A stretch of DNA of 64,000 nucleotides from Mobula hypostoma (GCF_963921235.1 NC_086097.1:148244001-148308000); one strand, 5' to 3'; shown: positions 1 through 12,087, counted from the stretch's first letter. A program made the numbers and translations. The notes: generated by a model not told the origin, from the sequence alone.

Positions 1-136
1 CAAGCTTTGTACTCTCAAAATTTCAATTTTGAATGCCTCTCATTTACCAGGTACAGCTTTGCCAGAAATCAGCCTGTCCCAATCTACACTTGCCAGTCCC
101 TTTCTGATGCCATCAAAATTGGACATTCTCCAATTT
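1..136 (-). mobile_element. CR1 LINE ORF2 fragment; continues at 4553 after the Rex-like insertion
   Basis: The reverse complement closely matches the CR1 copy at ~27940-28060. Joining ctccaattt (to 136) with agaatctcaacc (from 4553) restores the sequence that is uninterrupted near 27930-27950. Confidence 0.8.
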
Positions 137-174
137 CAAAGTTCAAAGTAAGCTTATTATCAATGTACGTATGT

Positions 175-560
175 TTCAAAGGTTTCAATGGTACACTTAA
201 TGTCAGAGAAATGTATACAATATACATCCTGAAATGCTTTTTCTTTGCAACCATCTACGAAAAAAGAGGAGTGCCTCCAAAGAATGAATAACAGTTAAAT
301 GTTAGAACCCCAAAGCCCCCCCAGCCCCCCCTCCTGTGCATAAGCAGCAGCAAGCAACGATCCCCCTCCCCCACCAGTAAAAAAAAGCATCAGCACCCAC
401 CACCGAGCATTCAAGCCTGCAGCAAAGCAACTGCAAAGGCACAGACTTGCAGTACCCCAAAGACTACTTGTTCACCCAGTATGCAACATACCACAAGCTC
501 TCTCCCTAATGAGGGAAAAAGAGGTGTCTCCATTTTAATACTAACAATGTACTCCAACAA
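175..560 (-). repeat. Unclassified retroposon 3' fragment inserted in the Rex-like 3' UTR
   Basis: Begins with a second ttcaaagg tail-like motif. The segment is absent from the homologous 3' UTR at ~22500-22540. Confidence 0.4.
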
Positions 561-833
561 TCAATACTGACATTCATTTTCTTATGGGCATGTTCAATAA
601 ATCTATAGAATAATAACCATAACAGAATCAATGAAAGACTGCACCAACTCGGGTGTTCAACCAATGTGCAAAACAAAACAAAATATGCAAATACAAAAAT
701 AAATAAATAATAATAAATAAATGAGCAATAAATATCGAGCACATGAGATGAAGAGTTCTTAAAAGTGAGTCCATTGGTTGTGGAAACATTTCAGTTTCGG
801 GTCAAATGAAGTTATGTGAAGTTATCCCCTTTG

Positions 834-2563
834 TCAAGTCAAGTCAAGTTTATTGTCATTTTAGCTATATACATATACATAACGTGTAACAAAACAATGT
901 ATATAGAAATGAGACGACGTTTCTTCAAACCAGGGTGTGAAGCACAGTCGTACACATAACATGCAAAAACTTATGAAGGTAAGGGTAAGATCTACAGATG
1001 ATTCACACATAAATAACAAACTAAAGTGCATTAATTTTAAATATTGAAAGATAAGCAACAAATTAATAAGTGACACTTTGAATACAATGTGGCGGGGAGT
1101 TCAGAGGCCTACTGGCCTGGGGAGAGACACTGTTTCTCATCCAGACCATTCTTGTTTTTCTGCATTGTAGTCGCCTGTCTGATGGCAGAAAGTCAAAGAG
1201 GATGCTGGATGGATGGATGGGATCCTTAATAATACTGGTGTTCGTCCACCGTTGACGTCGATGAGGACCTCGACACCATTATGATGTGCGAGACTAGCGC
1301 GTGATTTGGATTTAAGTGAGGGAGAGTTGCGCAGCATCAGCCTCACTCTCTCTTCCCAATTCCCATCTGGATCCAGTGGCAAGACAGAGTTGAGACGTCT
1401 GGAGATAGGACTAGGTGCAGTGGATGACCAGGACGTCTTCTGTGTCTTGTCCTGCTCTACACGTTCCACGACGCTTGCAGAGACCGCCTTCTTGACCGTT
1501 GGACCTTCCATTGATCTCGTCCGCTCAATCCGCCGTAGTCTGTCTTCACATGCTGGGATAGACAACTCCCTATCTCACCGAAGATTTGAGACCCGTTGGC
1601 TACCCTCAACTGGTTTAGCCGGCTTGTCGAAGCCATTGCCCAGGGTGTGGCCGCTGTCGCATGCAAACAACTACGGGGAGCCACAGGTGAGAGCTGAGTG
1701 CCAGGTGGGGACCAAAGGTGGACTAACCACCTTGAAAAGAACACGACATGTTCCCCCACCAGAGGTGCTATCCCTCCCTGACACCCCATACACCCCTTAA
1801 AACTAAGGGCCCTGCAATGCAGCGCTCCTGGTACATGTCCCCGATGGATGGTAGGGAGACCTCTATGATCTTTTCAGCTGTTTTCACCGTAGGGACTTCT
1901 GGTCCAATGCTTGACTGCTTCCATACCAGAATGCTCTCGATGGTGCTCCTGTAAAACACAGTTAAGATGTGGGGTGGGAGCCTGGATTGCCTCAATCGTC
2001 TCAGGAAGTGGAGATGCTGCTATGCTTTCTTGTTCAGGGAGGTGATGTTAAGGAACCAGGTGAGGTCGTCTGTGATGTGAACTCCCAGGAACTTGGTGCA
2101 CGTAACTCTCTTTATGGAGGAGCCATGTATTCGCAGAGGTGGATGGATTGTCTGCTCCTTCCTGAAGTCCACAATGATTTCCTTTGTCTTCTCCATGTTC
2201 AGGCTTAGGTTGTTTTTCCCACATCAATCCACTAGTCGCTCCACTTCCTCTCTATACCCTGTCTCATCATTGTTCTTGATGAGGCCAAACACTGTTATGC
2301 CATCTGCAAACTTGATGACACGGTTTGAGCTGAATTCTGCAACACCGTCATATGTCAGCAGTGAGAACAGCAGCCGGATGAGCACAGAGCCCTGAGGAGA
2401 GCGCCAGTGCTCAGCGTAATGGGATGAGAGACATTGCTGCCCACACTGACTGACTGTGGCCTTACTGTTGAGAAGTCCAGTATCCAATTTCAGAGCCAAG
2501 TTTTGAGACCCAGTGAGGACAGTTTCCACACCAGTTTCTGGGGTATGATGGCCTTGAATGCTG
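834..2563 (-). mobile_element. Second Rex1/Babar-like LINE nested in the first
   Basis: (tcaag)n tail at 834-848. RT motifs in ORF 2224..2529 (PQGSVL...LFSLLTYD...IKFADGITVFGLI). The host sequence gttatcccctttg|gttcaag is rejoined across it. Confidence 0.75.
1237..1797 (-). mobile_element. Short non-coding retroposon, RTE-derived-like (copy 1)
   Basis: Interrupts the Rex-like sequence and is flanked by an imperfect 7-bp TSD, taatact/taaaact. Homologous over most of its length to 49209-49737. Confidence 0.65.
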
Positions 2564-3103
2564 GTTCAAGAGTGGGATAGTTGAGGGGTAGTAACTGTTC
2601 GTGAACCTGGTGCTGTGAAGCTTCTGTACCTTCTTCCTGATGGCAGCAACGAGAAGCAAGCATGTTTTGGGTGCTGGTGGTTCCTGATGATGGATGCTGC
2701 TTTCTTGCAACAGCATTTCACGTAGGTGTGTTCAATGGTGGGGAGAGCTTTACCTGTGATGGACTGGGCCATATCCATTACACTCTGTAGGATTTGTCAT
2801 TCAAGGGTATTGGTTTTTCCATACCAGTCTGTGCTGAAGCCAGACAATATATTCTCCATTATAGGAGTTGTCAAAGTTTTAGATGTCATGATGAATCTTC
2901 GTAAACTCCTAAGGACAAGAGGTGTTGTCATGCTTTCTCCATAATTGCTCTTAAGTGCTGGGTCCAGGACAGGTCCTCTGAAATAATAACACCAAGGAAT
3001 TTGAAGTTGCTAACCCTCTCCACCTCTGACTCTCTGATGTGAACTAGCTCGTGGGCCTCTGGTTTCCTTCTCCTGGTCTATAATCAGCTTCTTGGTCTTG
3101 CTA

Positions 3104-3750
3104 AGAAAACTACTTACTGAGAAAACTAAAGAAATTTGGCCTGTCCCCTAAAATCCTCACTAATTTTTATAGATGCACCATATTTCATATGCATTCTTCT
3201 AGGGTGCATCACAACCTGGTATGGAAGTTGTCCTGTCCAAGACCAAAAGAAGCTGCAGAAGATCATGAACACGGCACAGCACATCACACAAACCAATCTT
3301 AAGATCTTGGACTCATTTTACACCGCACGCTGTCAGAGCAGTGCTGCCAGGATAATCAAGGACACGACCCACCCAGCCAACACACTTTTCGTCCCTCTTC
3401 CCTCCGGGAGAAGGTTCAGGAGCTTGAAGACTCGTACGGCCAGATTTGGGAACAGCTTCTTTCTGACTGTGATAAGACTGCTGAACGGATCCTGACCCGG
3501 ATCTGAGCCATACCCTCCAAATATCTGGACCTGCCTCTCGGTTTTTTTGCACTACCTTACTTTCCATTTTTCTATTTTCTATTTATGATTTATAATTTAA
3601 ATTTTTAATATTTACTAATTTTTACTGTTTTTAATATTTTTAATATTTAATATTCGTAATCCAGGGAGTGGGAAGCGCAGAATCAAATATCGCTGTGATG
3701 ATTGTACTTTTTAGTATCAATTGTTTTGGCGACAATAAAGTATAAAGTAT
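3104..3750 (+). mobile_element. Rex1/Babar-like LINE 3' end
   Basis: ORF 3136..3495 (GCITTWYGSC...LQKIMNTAQHI...AARIIKDTTHPANTLFVPLPSGRRFRS), followed by aataaa and an (aaagtat)n tail. Confidence 0.8.
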
Positions 3751-5060
3751 AACAGTAAGAGGTTGTTATGTTTGTGGAGGAGATGTTGTTGCCAATCCAA
3801 ATTGACCGGATTCTGCAAGTGAGGAAATCGAGGATCCGATTGCACAAGGAGGTACTTGGGCCAAGGACCAGGAGCTAATTGATTAGTTTTGAAGGGTTGA
3901 TAGTACTGAATGCTGAGCTGTAGTCGATAAAAAGCATCCTAGTGTACTTTCATCTTTGATGTACAGATGTTCCAGGGTTGAGTGAAGAGCCAGTGAGATG
4001 GCTGTTGCTTCAGTAGGCAAAATGGAGCAGATCAAATTCACTCCTCAGGCAGGAGTTGATATGTTTCATCACCAACCTCTCAAAACACTCCATCACAGTG
4101 GATGTAAGTGCTTCTGGACGATAGTCATTGAAATAGGTCACCATGTTCTTTTTGGGCACCGGTATAATTGAAGCCTGCTTGAAACAGATGGGTATCTCAA
4201 ACTGGTGAAGCGAGAGGTTAAAGATCTCAGTGAACACTCCAGCCAGTTGATCAGCACAAGTTTTTAGTACTTGGCCAGATACCCTATCTGGACCGGATGC
4301 CTTTCGGGGTTCACCGTCCTGAAGGCTGCTCACACTTCAACCTCAGAGACTGAAATCATAAGGTCATCAGAGACTGTGGGTGTTCATGATGGTTCTTCCA
4401 TGCTTTGACAGTCAAATTGTCTATAGAAGGCATTATGCTCATCTGGATGCGAAGCCAGATATGTTGTGTACGCCATTTGATTTAATTTCATAATAGGTGA
4501 TAGCATTCAAGCCCTGTCATCACTGTCAAGCATCCTTTATTGTTTCAAGTTTAGAATCTCAACCCCAGGACTAGTCCTATCCTTTTCCATAATTATCTTG
4601 AAACTAATGGCATTATGATCACTAGATGCAAAGTGTTCCCCTACACAAACTATTGTCTCTTGCCCTGTCTGATTCCCTAATAGGAGATCAAGTATTGCAC
4701 AATCTCTCATGGGGACTTCGATGTGCTGACTAAGCTAACTTTCCTGAATGCATTGGACAAACGTTGTCCCATCTAGTCCTTTAACATTATGGGTGTCGCA
4801 GCTGATATGTAAAAATCACCTACTATCACAACCTTATGTATCTTGAAACAGTCTGCGATCTCCTTACAAATTTGTTCCTCTAAATCCCACAGACTGTTGG
4901 GTGGACCCATTAATATGGTCACACCTTTCTTATTCCTCAGTTCCACCCATAAAGCCTCACTAGACAAGTTCCCTAACCTAGCCTGATTGAGTAATGCTGT
5001 GATATTTTCCCTGATGAGCAATGCAACTCAGATCATTATTCCAATCATGTTCAACCCTTT

Positions 5061-5549
5061 ACACAAAATAATCTGCAGATGCTGTTGTCAAAGGAACACT
5101 CACAATGCGCTGGAGGAGCTCAGCAGGTCAGTCAGGTCTACCTAGACGGTATATGAAGTGTTGCTCCTCCAACTGCCATGATGAGGCTAAAGTCAGGTTG
5201 GAGGAGCAACACCTCATATACCGTCTAGGTAGTTTCCAGCCCCTTGGTATGAACATAGAATTCTCGAACTTCCGGTAATTCCCTCCCCCTCCCTTCCTCT
5301 ATCCCTATTTCACATCACCTCCCTCATAGGTCCGCCTCCTTCTACTACTTCACATTGTTCTCCTGCCAATCACCTTCCTGCTTCCCTTCCCCCACCCCTT
5401 TGTCTTTAATGTTTTTTTCAACTACCAGCATTCTTCAAACTCTCCCCAAAGTTCTTCCTTCAGTCCTGACGAAGGGTTTCGGCCCGAAACGTTGACTAAT
5501 CTTTTCAACTGATGCTGACTGACCTGCTGAGTTCCTCCAGCGCATTGTG
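5061..5549. mobile_element. Rearranged Penelope-like element (GIY-YIG C-terminus, pseudo-LTR, inverted segments)
   Basis: 15-bp TSD with 1 mismatch, catgttcaacccttt (5046-5060) / catattcaacccttt (5550-5564). Encodes RLEEQHLIYRLGSFQPLGMNIEFSNF. Hammerhead motif at 5461-5498. Confidence 0.8.
5461..5498 (+). ncRNA. Minimal type I hammerhead ribozyme motif (Penelope-associated)
   Basis: cagtc-CTGACGA-agggtttcggccc-GAAA-cgtt-gacta: conserved core boxes, stem II ggg/ccc, stem I agtc/gact, GUU cleavage triplet. Confidence 0.7.
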
Positions 5550-6836
5550 CATATTCAACCCTTTGCTTCCTGATTTTCTCTAAGGTCTTAAAAGCATCTG
5601 TTTTCACAACCACTCCACTATCTGTTTTGGCACTCTGGCTCCCATCCCCTTGGTTGAAACTACCCACACCCCCATCCATGGCATACTAGCAAACCATCCC
5701 GCATGGATATTAGTCCCCCTGCAATTTAGGTGCAAACTGTCTCTTCTGTACATGTCCTACCTTCCCTGGAAGACAGCCCAATGATCCAAAAATCAGAAGC
5801 TCTCCCTCCTACAACAGCTCTAAATTAGACTTCTTATTATACTTCAAATAACACTTCCATTTACCTGACCACTATTCACTTTAAAACTTATTTTCTATAA
5901 AATGAATGACATTTTTGATGTGGAGCAACTCTTGTTATTTTAGTCATGAAGTCAATAGGTAAAGGGAGAAACATAAAACTTAATGATCACACAATGTTCA
6001 GAGTCTGGACTAACCTGTTTCAACATTATAGCCATCCGTGGACATTGTCTTCCCTCTGTACAAAACCAATTATTATTGTTAATTGTTGCAGCCTTAAAGC
6101 AGAGGAGAACTGTCCTTTCCTGTGTATGGTAATAGATCATCTCATTCATCTAATCCCTGACAGCACCGTGAGTTTCACATTCCTAAGGAGTGAGCCAAAC
6201 CCAATAACCAATGATGAAGTCATGTTCAACCTCCTTATGGCCAATGAATAACCAATCTGTCTGAATGCTTCCTGTTCCATAGCTTAGCCTTAAATCCTCA
6301 TGAGAGGCGATTTACGTACAGCAATTCACTGGTCTAGATTGCACTGGATGCAGGCCACACCTGAACTTGCTGCCTCTGCTGCCTACCCACTCAGTGTGCA
6401 AGCACTAACTTGACCTGAATATCAAAGGATGACTGATCTGACTATCTGTGCACGACAGGCATGACGTGAGGCAGTGGGAGCGACACACTATGACCAGTCC
6501 TCAGGCATAAGACCTTGAGGCCTGCTCCCTAGAATACCCTGATGCCCACTGACAGCCATTTATGAGCTGCTTAATAAATTTAAATAATTAAAATGTAATT
6601 GAAGCTGTTTGCAAATAATTAAAAGCATGAAAATAAAGTACAGAAAGTATCTAATAGTTTTCAAAAGTCTAGTGATCTATTCAAACTAAGTAACATCGTG
6701 AATCTCACATTAGCAAACTCTGGCACTGACATAAAACTGGGGACACTAGGAAATCTGCAGATGCTGGAAATTCAAGCAACACACCCAAAATGCTGGTGGA
6801 ACGCAGCAGGCCAGGCAGCATATATTGGAAGAGGTA

Positions 6837-6874
6837 CAGTCGACATTTCGGGCCAAGACCCTTCGTCAGGACTA
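6837..6874 (-). ncRNA. Minimal hammerhead ribozyme motif
   Basis: The reverse complement reads tagtc-CTGACGA-agggtcttggccc-GAAA-tgtc-gactg. Confidence 0.65.
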
Positions 6875-7199
6875 ACTGAAAGAAGAGATAGTAAGAGATT
6901 TGAAAGTGGGAGGGGGAGGGGTAGACCCGAAATGATAGGAGAAGACAGGAGGGGGAGGGATGGAGCCAAGAGCCGGACAGATGATTGGCAAAAGGGATAC
7001 CAGTCTGGAGAAGGGAGAGGATCATGGGACGGGAAGCCTAGGGAGAAAGAAAGGGGGAGGGGAGCCCAGAGGAAGATAAAGAGCAGGCAAGGAGTTATAG
7101 TGAGAGGGACAGAGGGAGAAAAAATAGAGAGAGAAAAAAGGGGAAAAATAATAATAATAAATAAATAAATAAATAGGGGTAAGAAGGGGAGGAGGGGCA

Positions 7200-7526
7200 T
7201 TAACAGAAGTTAGAGAAGTCAATGTTCATGCCATCAGGTTGGCGGCTACCCAGATGGAATATAAGGTGTTGTTCCTCCAACCTGAGTGTGGCTTCATCTT
7301 GACAGTAGAGGAGGCCATGGATAGACATATCAGAATGGGAATGGAACGTGGAATTAAAATGTGTGGCCACTGGGAGAACCTGCTTTCTCTGGCGGACAGA
7401 GCGTAGGTGTTCAGCGAAACGGTCTCCCAGCCTGCATTGGGTCTCGCCAATATATAGAAGGCCGCACTGGGAGCACCGGACGCAGTATATCACCCCAGCT
7501 GACTCACAGGTGAAGTGTCGCCTCAC
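7200..7526 (-). pseudogene. GIY-YIG endonuclease domain of a Penelope-like element
   Basis: FTCESAGVIYCVRCSQCGLLYIGETQCRLGDRFAEHLRSV...VATHFN...RLEEQHLIFHLG: VIY/YIG motifs with the CxxC of PLE endonucleases. Confidence 0.9.
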
Positions 7527-7981
7527 CTGTAAGGACTGTCTGGGGCCCTGAATGGTAGTAAGGGAGGAAGTGTAAGGGCATGTGTAGCATTTGTTCCGCT
7601 TACAAGGATAAGTGCCTGGAGGGAGATCGGTGGGAAGGGATGGGGGGATGAATGGATAAGGGAGTCGCGTAGGGAGCGATTCCTGCGGAAAGCAGAAGTG
7701 GGGGGGGGGGAGGGAAAGATGTGTTTGGTGGTGGGATCCCGTCGGATGTGGCGGAAATTACGGAGAATTATATATTGGACCCGAAGGCTGGTGGGGTGGT
7801 AGGTGAAGACAAGGGGAACCCTATCCTTAGTGGGGTGGTGGGAGGAGGGGGTGAGAGCCTTGTATCTCTTTTGCCAATCAACTTTTCAGCTCTGAGCTCC
7901 ATGCCTCCCCCTCCTGTCTTCTCCTATCATTTCGGATCTCACCCTCCCACTTTCAAATCTCTTACTATCTCTCCTTTCAGT

Positions 7982-8019
7982 TAGTCCTGACGAAGAGTCT
8001 CGGCCCGAAACGTCGACTG
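7982..8019 (+). ncRNA. Minimal hammerhead ribozyme motif
   Basis: tagtc-CTGACGA-agagtctcggccc-GAAA-cgtc-gactg, with a GUC triplet. Confidence 0.65.
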
Positions 8020-8500
8020 TACCTCTTCCAATAGATGCTGCCTGGCATAAAACTAGGGAGCCAGGTGTGAAGTGCCACCCAACCTGTAGCTCAGTGCTGA
8101 GTCCAGGTGACATTTCAACTCCAGATGCATCAGCAGCACAAGGGGAGCTTATCTTAAAATCATCTCCTCTGAGTTTGTATCAAGGACAGGATATGATGTG
8201 GCCTCTAATTTGACTAAGATTACCACATTAAAAGGTGGCTAATGTGCTCCTGGACGATTTTTTCTAGAATAAATCTGTGTACTCACTGAGTTTTTGATTC
8301 AGACATTATTCATTGTCACAGTTGAAATTGACTATAAAATGTAATGGGGCCAGAAACATTTCTTCAAAGCCACAAACCATGGTCTCAGATTGGTCTTGAA
8401 CATTTAAATTATGATACAAACTCAAGCAGCACTTGCATTACTATCTTTAGAAAAGAATTGTACATAAAGCACTCTTTCTGGTCCCAGGACTTTACAGCCA

Positions 8501-8758
8501 ATGGACACACACAAAATGCTAGAGGAACTCAGCAGGCCAGGGAGCATCTGTGGAAAAGAGTACAGTCGACGTTTTGGGCCGAGACCCTTCACCAGGATTC
8601 TGACTCCTCATCTTTCCTTTCTCCAGTCCTGATGAAGGGTCTCGGCCGGAAACATCGACTGTACTTTTTTCCAAAGATTCTGCCTGGCCTACTGAGTCCC
8701 TTCAGCACTTTGTCTGTGTTGCTTGGATTTCCAGCATCTGCAGATTTCCGCTAGTTTG
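8501..8758. mobile_element. Fold-back Penelope pseudo-LTR mini-element
   Basis: Inverted arms at ~8506-8597 and ~8627-8720, each with a hammerhead-like motif. Flanked by ttacagcca at 8492-8500 and 8759-8767. Confidence 0.75.
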
Positions 8759-10022
8759 TTACAGCCACGAGAATTCTTTTGAAGTATATCCAGCAGGTAC
8801 ATTCTGCAATAGGCCAAATGGCCTCCATCATTTGTAAACAATCTTGTCAACTGGTGTTGGAATCAAAAGAGTTAAGAGTTTTTTTTATCTTGCTTGCTTT
8901 TGAACTGAAGGCTGATTTTAGCACCCATAAACTGTTTGTGATGCTTGCTCACTGGCTAATTGGCTTTGACAGTTAGTGCAGTCAGCAGCTGAATGGTGTC
9001 AGGAGGAATTAGATGGGTGTGATAGACCGCCAAGAGCAAATTAGTTTGTCACTTCCCTGTGAAGTGCTTTCAGCTTGGGGAACTACTTTGTAGTAAACTG
9101 AATGAGAGAGCAATAAAGAAAGTGCAAGTGACAGAAAACAGAAGAACACAGAAGCAGCGGGAATAAACCATTCAACCCCTCCTCCTTCTGCTAGCTCATG
9201 GCTCATTTCTCCCTCCACTTCATTTACTGTCTTTAACATAGCATCTCTGATATTTCTTCACATTACAAAAGCAGTTGTATTCTGTTAAAAGAATTATTCT
9301 GTTGAAAGAGTAAGCCTTTCAGCATCACAGGCAAGGGGAATGATCTCTACCCTCATTTATGTGGCAAAGAAAAGTGCTAATCAAGTTCTCTACTTTTAAA
9401 GTGAGATCAAAACTAGGAGAAATCAGAAAGTGGGGGCCAGATTGTGAGTGTGGAATAAGGTAGATAAAGTTGGTAAACTGCAGGCACAGGTTAATGTGCG
9501 GGGGTATAAAATATGGAGTCTGGCTCAAAATGTATCCAGGAAAGACAGGAAAGTGCAGAATATTCAATTATACAGCTGAAGAAGTATCTGCGGATTCAGA
9601 GATTTCTAATCCATTTGAATTAAGGAACCATAGAATTGCCACTAGATAACACAATATAGAGCACCAGATTGTTGGAAGGGTATTGTGAAGAAAATCTGGA
9701 CAAAAATTGCAGAAAAATAAGAAAAGCTATTTTTGCCCCACTTCAGTGCTCCAAAACTACTTGTTTCTCCTTCAGAAATAACTGTGTGATGGATCAGAAA
9801 CAAACTTAAGACGATATTTTACATCCAGGAAGAGGCACCAAAACACACACTGCACTCAATCTCAGTTTGGTGCAGCTGCCAACACTGGCCAAGCATTAGA
9901 GGCATGCATTGGTGCTTAAAGGTACCCCCTGCATGGTTGTCACACAACTACAACACACATTATGGAAACCATAGAGGACGGATGCAGCAGAGAGGGGGAG
10001 GCAACTCAGATTTACACAAAAA

Positions 10023-10358
10023 GAAATTAAAATTGAGTTTATTGTATGCACAGGTGGAATTAAAATTTCACTTGTCGCTGCATAACAGGAACATCATTTA
10101 AGTAGCATTCACAAGAAAAATATAAACTAAACATAAATTATACACGTTTTTTCAAGAAAGAGCACATATAAAAACAAAAATAAAAGTAAAATCCGTTTTA
10201 GCACGACATGGTCGTCATCTTGCTAAACTGTAGTCATTGGGGTTATTCCAGTTGATTCAAGAACTGAATGGTTGAAAGGAGGTAGCTGTTCTTGAACCTG
10301 GTAGAGTGAGACTTCAGGCTTCTGTACCTCCTGCCTACTGGTAGCTGTGAAGGCGGCA
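10023..10358 (-). mobile_element. Rex1/Babar-like LINE 3' end
   Basis: tttattg tail motif and the gttcttgaacctgg...cttctgtacctcctgcc block, both shared with the other Rex-like copies. Confidence 0.6.
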
Positions 10359-10359
10359 T

Positions 10360-11562
10360 GGGTCATAGGAGTACTCATTCACATCTACAAAACAAGGACA
10401 CACGTCAGAATGCTGGTTCTAGATTTCAGTTCGGCATTCAACGCTGTCACCCACAGACCTTGCTGAACAGTCCTACTCCTCGGTCTAAATACATCACCAT
10501 GCAACTGGGTGTTGGACGTCCTAACCAACAAACCTCAGATAGTCAGGATGCATAAATGCTCCTCCCTCCCTCCCCATCATCCTCAATATAGGTGCCCCCT
10601 AGGGCTGTGTGCTGAGCCCACTGCTGTATACTCTGCTCATTCATGACTACATGGCCAAAAACTCAATTAATCATAATGTTAAGTTTGCCGATGATATGAC
10701 CGTAGTTAAGCTCATCACCAACAATGAAGAGACAGCCTATAGAGAGAAAGTGGAAGAGCTTGAGGCCTGGTGAGAGGCAAATATCCTCTTTCATAATGTC
10801 AACAAGACAAAGGAGATGGTTATCAACTTCAGGAGAACTTGCACTATTCACACATGCTTCACCCCCCCCCCCCCGACCCCTTTCAAACTCCTGGAAGTAC
10901 ACATTATACATAATTAAGAAAACTCACAAGTGTCTCTGCTTTCTGAAGAGGCTGAAGAAAGCTGGACTACGTACACGTATACTCACGACCTTCTGCAGAG
11001 AGCCTCCTAACATGCTGCATCACTGCAGAGTATGGAAATTGCACTGTTGTGGATAGGAAGACTCTACAATGGGTAGTCAAAATTGCCCAGTGCATCTCTG
11101 GCACCACCCTCTCTGCCATCAAAGACATATATACAGAAAGGTGCCAGAAAAGGGTCAGCAATATCATGATAGATACCACCCACCCTATTTATGGACTGTT
11201 TGCCGCACTCCCATTAAGGAGGAGGCTATGTAGCATCCATGCCAGGACCATCAGGACTCAAAAAACAGGTATTTTCCCCAAGCAGTAAGGCAGATCAACA
11301 CCTCCACCCACTAACCCACCCCTCCACTCCCTCCACCACCACCATTTTATCATTTCCTGTCAAAATTACCTCATGTACAGGCACTGCTTACGGACATACA
11401 ATCAATCTATGTACATAAATTATCTTATGCATTTGTATTTGTTGTGTTTTTTTATTATTGTACTATTTATCTTATTATTTTTGTGCTGCATTGGAAATGA
11501 AGTAACAATTATTTTGTTCTCCTTTACACTTGTGTACCAGAAATGATATTAAACAATCTTGA
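10360..11562 (+). mobile_element. Rex1/Babar-like LINE RT and 3' end
   Basis: Decayed motifs DFSSAFN, GAP.GCVLSPLLYTL and KFADD. ORF 11049..11288 (LQWVVKIAQCISG...DTTHP). attaaacaatcttga tail. Confidence 0.75.
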
Positions 11563-12087
11563 AAACCATGCTTGGAGTGAGAACATGTGCCAGGGGCCAT
11601 GAGGCTAAGTGGACCCAATGTAAGATTTGAAAGAAAGTGCCTCAAGCTGTCTTCTCCATCAGAACCAATCTATGCACATTTCAAAGGAATTCCAGAGTAC
11701 GTTAAGGTGAGCTGCATCTGACTAAAAGGACTACTCTGTCAAATAGAATCCTTTATTCAGGCACATAAACTGTTAATCATGTAAACTGTTAGATGACTCA
11801 CATCCAGCCCTAACCCTCTCAATCACATTCCCAATCTCACTTCAGTCTTAACATTCCACCCATTTCACTGTCCACCCCCATCCCTACACCCTGGAGTTGC
11901 CAACCGAAAAGGAAGGCATGGGAGGGAGATAATTCAGGAGGGAGCTATGCTTCAGTAAGTTCCACCTCATCAGCAAAGGGGCGTAAGAAACACAAACATC
12001 CTTATGAGCAGAAGCTATGTGAAAACTGCCTAGTGTGTCCATGAACAATATTTCATTGTGGTTAGATTTTGACAATTTTGACTGGTG

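Larger units (their letters stand above)
137..4552 (-). mobile_element. Rex1/Babar-like LINE, 5'-truncated, interrupted by several nested insertions
   Basis: The 3' tail and UTR are similar to the copy at 22465-23350. RT-region peptides include 4010..4333 ([33 protein letters not shown]...IIPVPKK...[20 protein letters not shown]) and 2566..2778 (CCCKKAASIIRNHQHP). Confidence 0.75.
4553..5820 (-). mobile_element. CR1 LINE: APE endonuclease region and ORF1 SGNH-esterase remnant
   Basis: ORF 4773..5021 (SEALWVELRNKKG...LEEQICKEI...VVIVGDF). The minus strand near 5720-5795 reads FLDHW...DSLHLN, like a CR1 ORF1 esterase. Confidence 0.75.
6744..8045 (-). mobile_element. Penelope-like element, 5'-truncated, with inverted pseudo-LTR copy
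   Basis: GIY-YIG ORF at 7200..7526. 6812-7012 is repeated in inverted orientation at ~7860-8045. 14-bp TSD with 1 mismatch, cataaaactgggga (6730-6743) / cataaaactaggga (8046-8059). Confidence 0.85.

Noticed and set aside
1137..1800. Overlapping 110-164 aa ORFs
   Set aside because: No recognisable domain. They lie in a GC-richer repeat, and the second copy does not keep comparable frames.
6698..7222. 156-aa and 142-aa ORFs
   Set aside because: Low-complexity purine/pyrimidine tract of the Penelope 3' region.
9480..9720. Possible coding remnant
   Set aside because: Resembles a very decayed CR1 endonuclease fragment and is too degenerate to delimit.
10023..11562. Twin-priming inversion of one Rex-like element
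   Set aside because: The two oppositely oriented pieces each have their own, different 3' UTR and tail, so they look like separate insertions.
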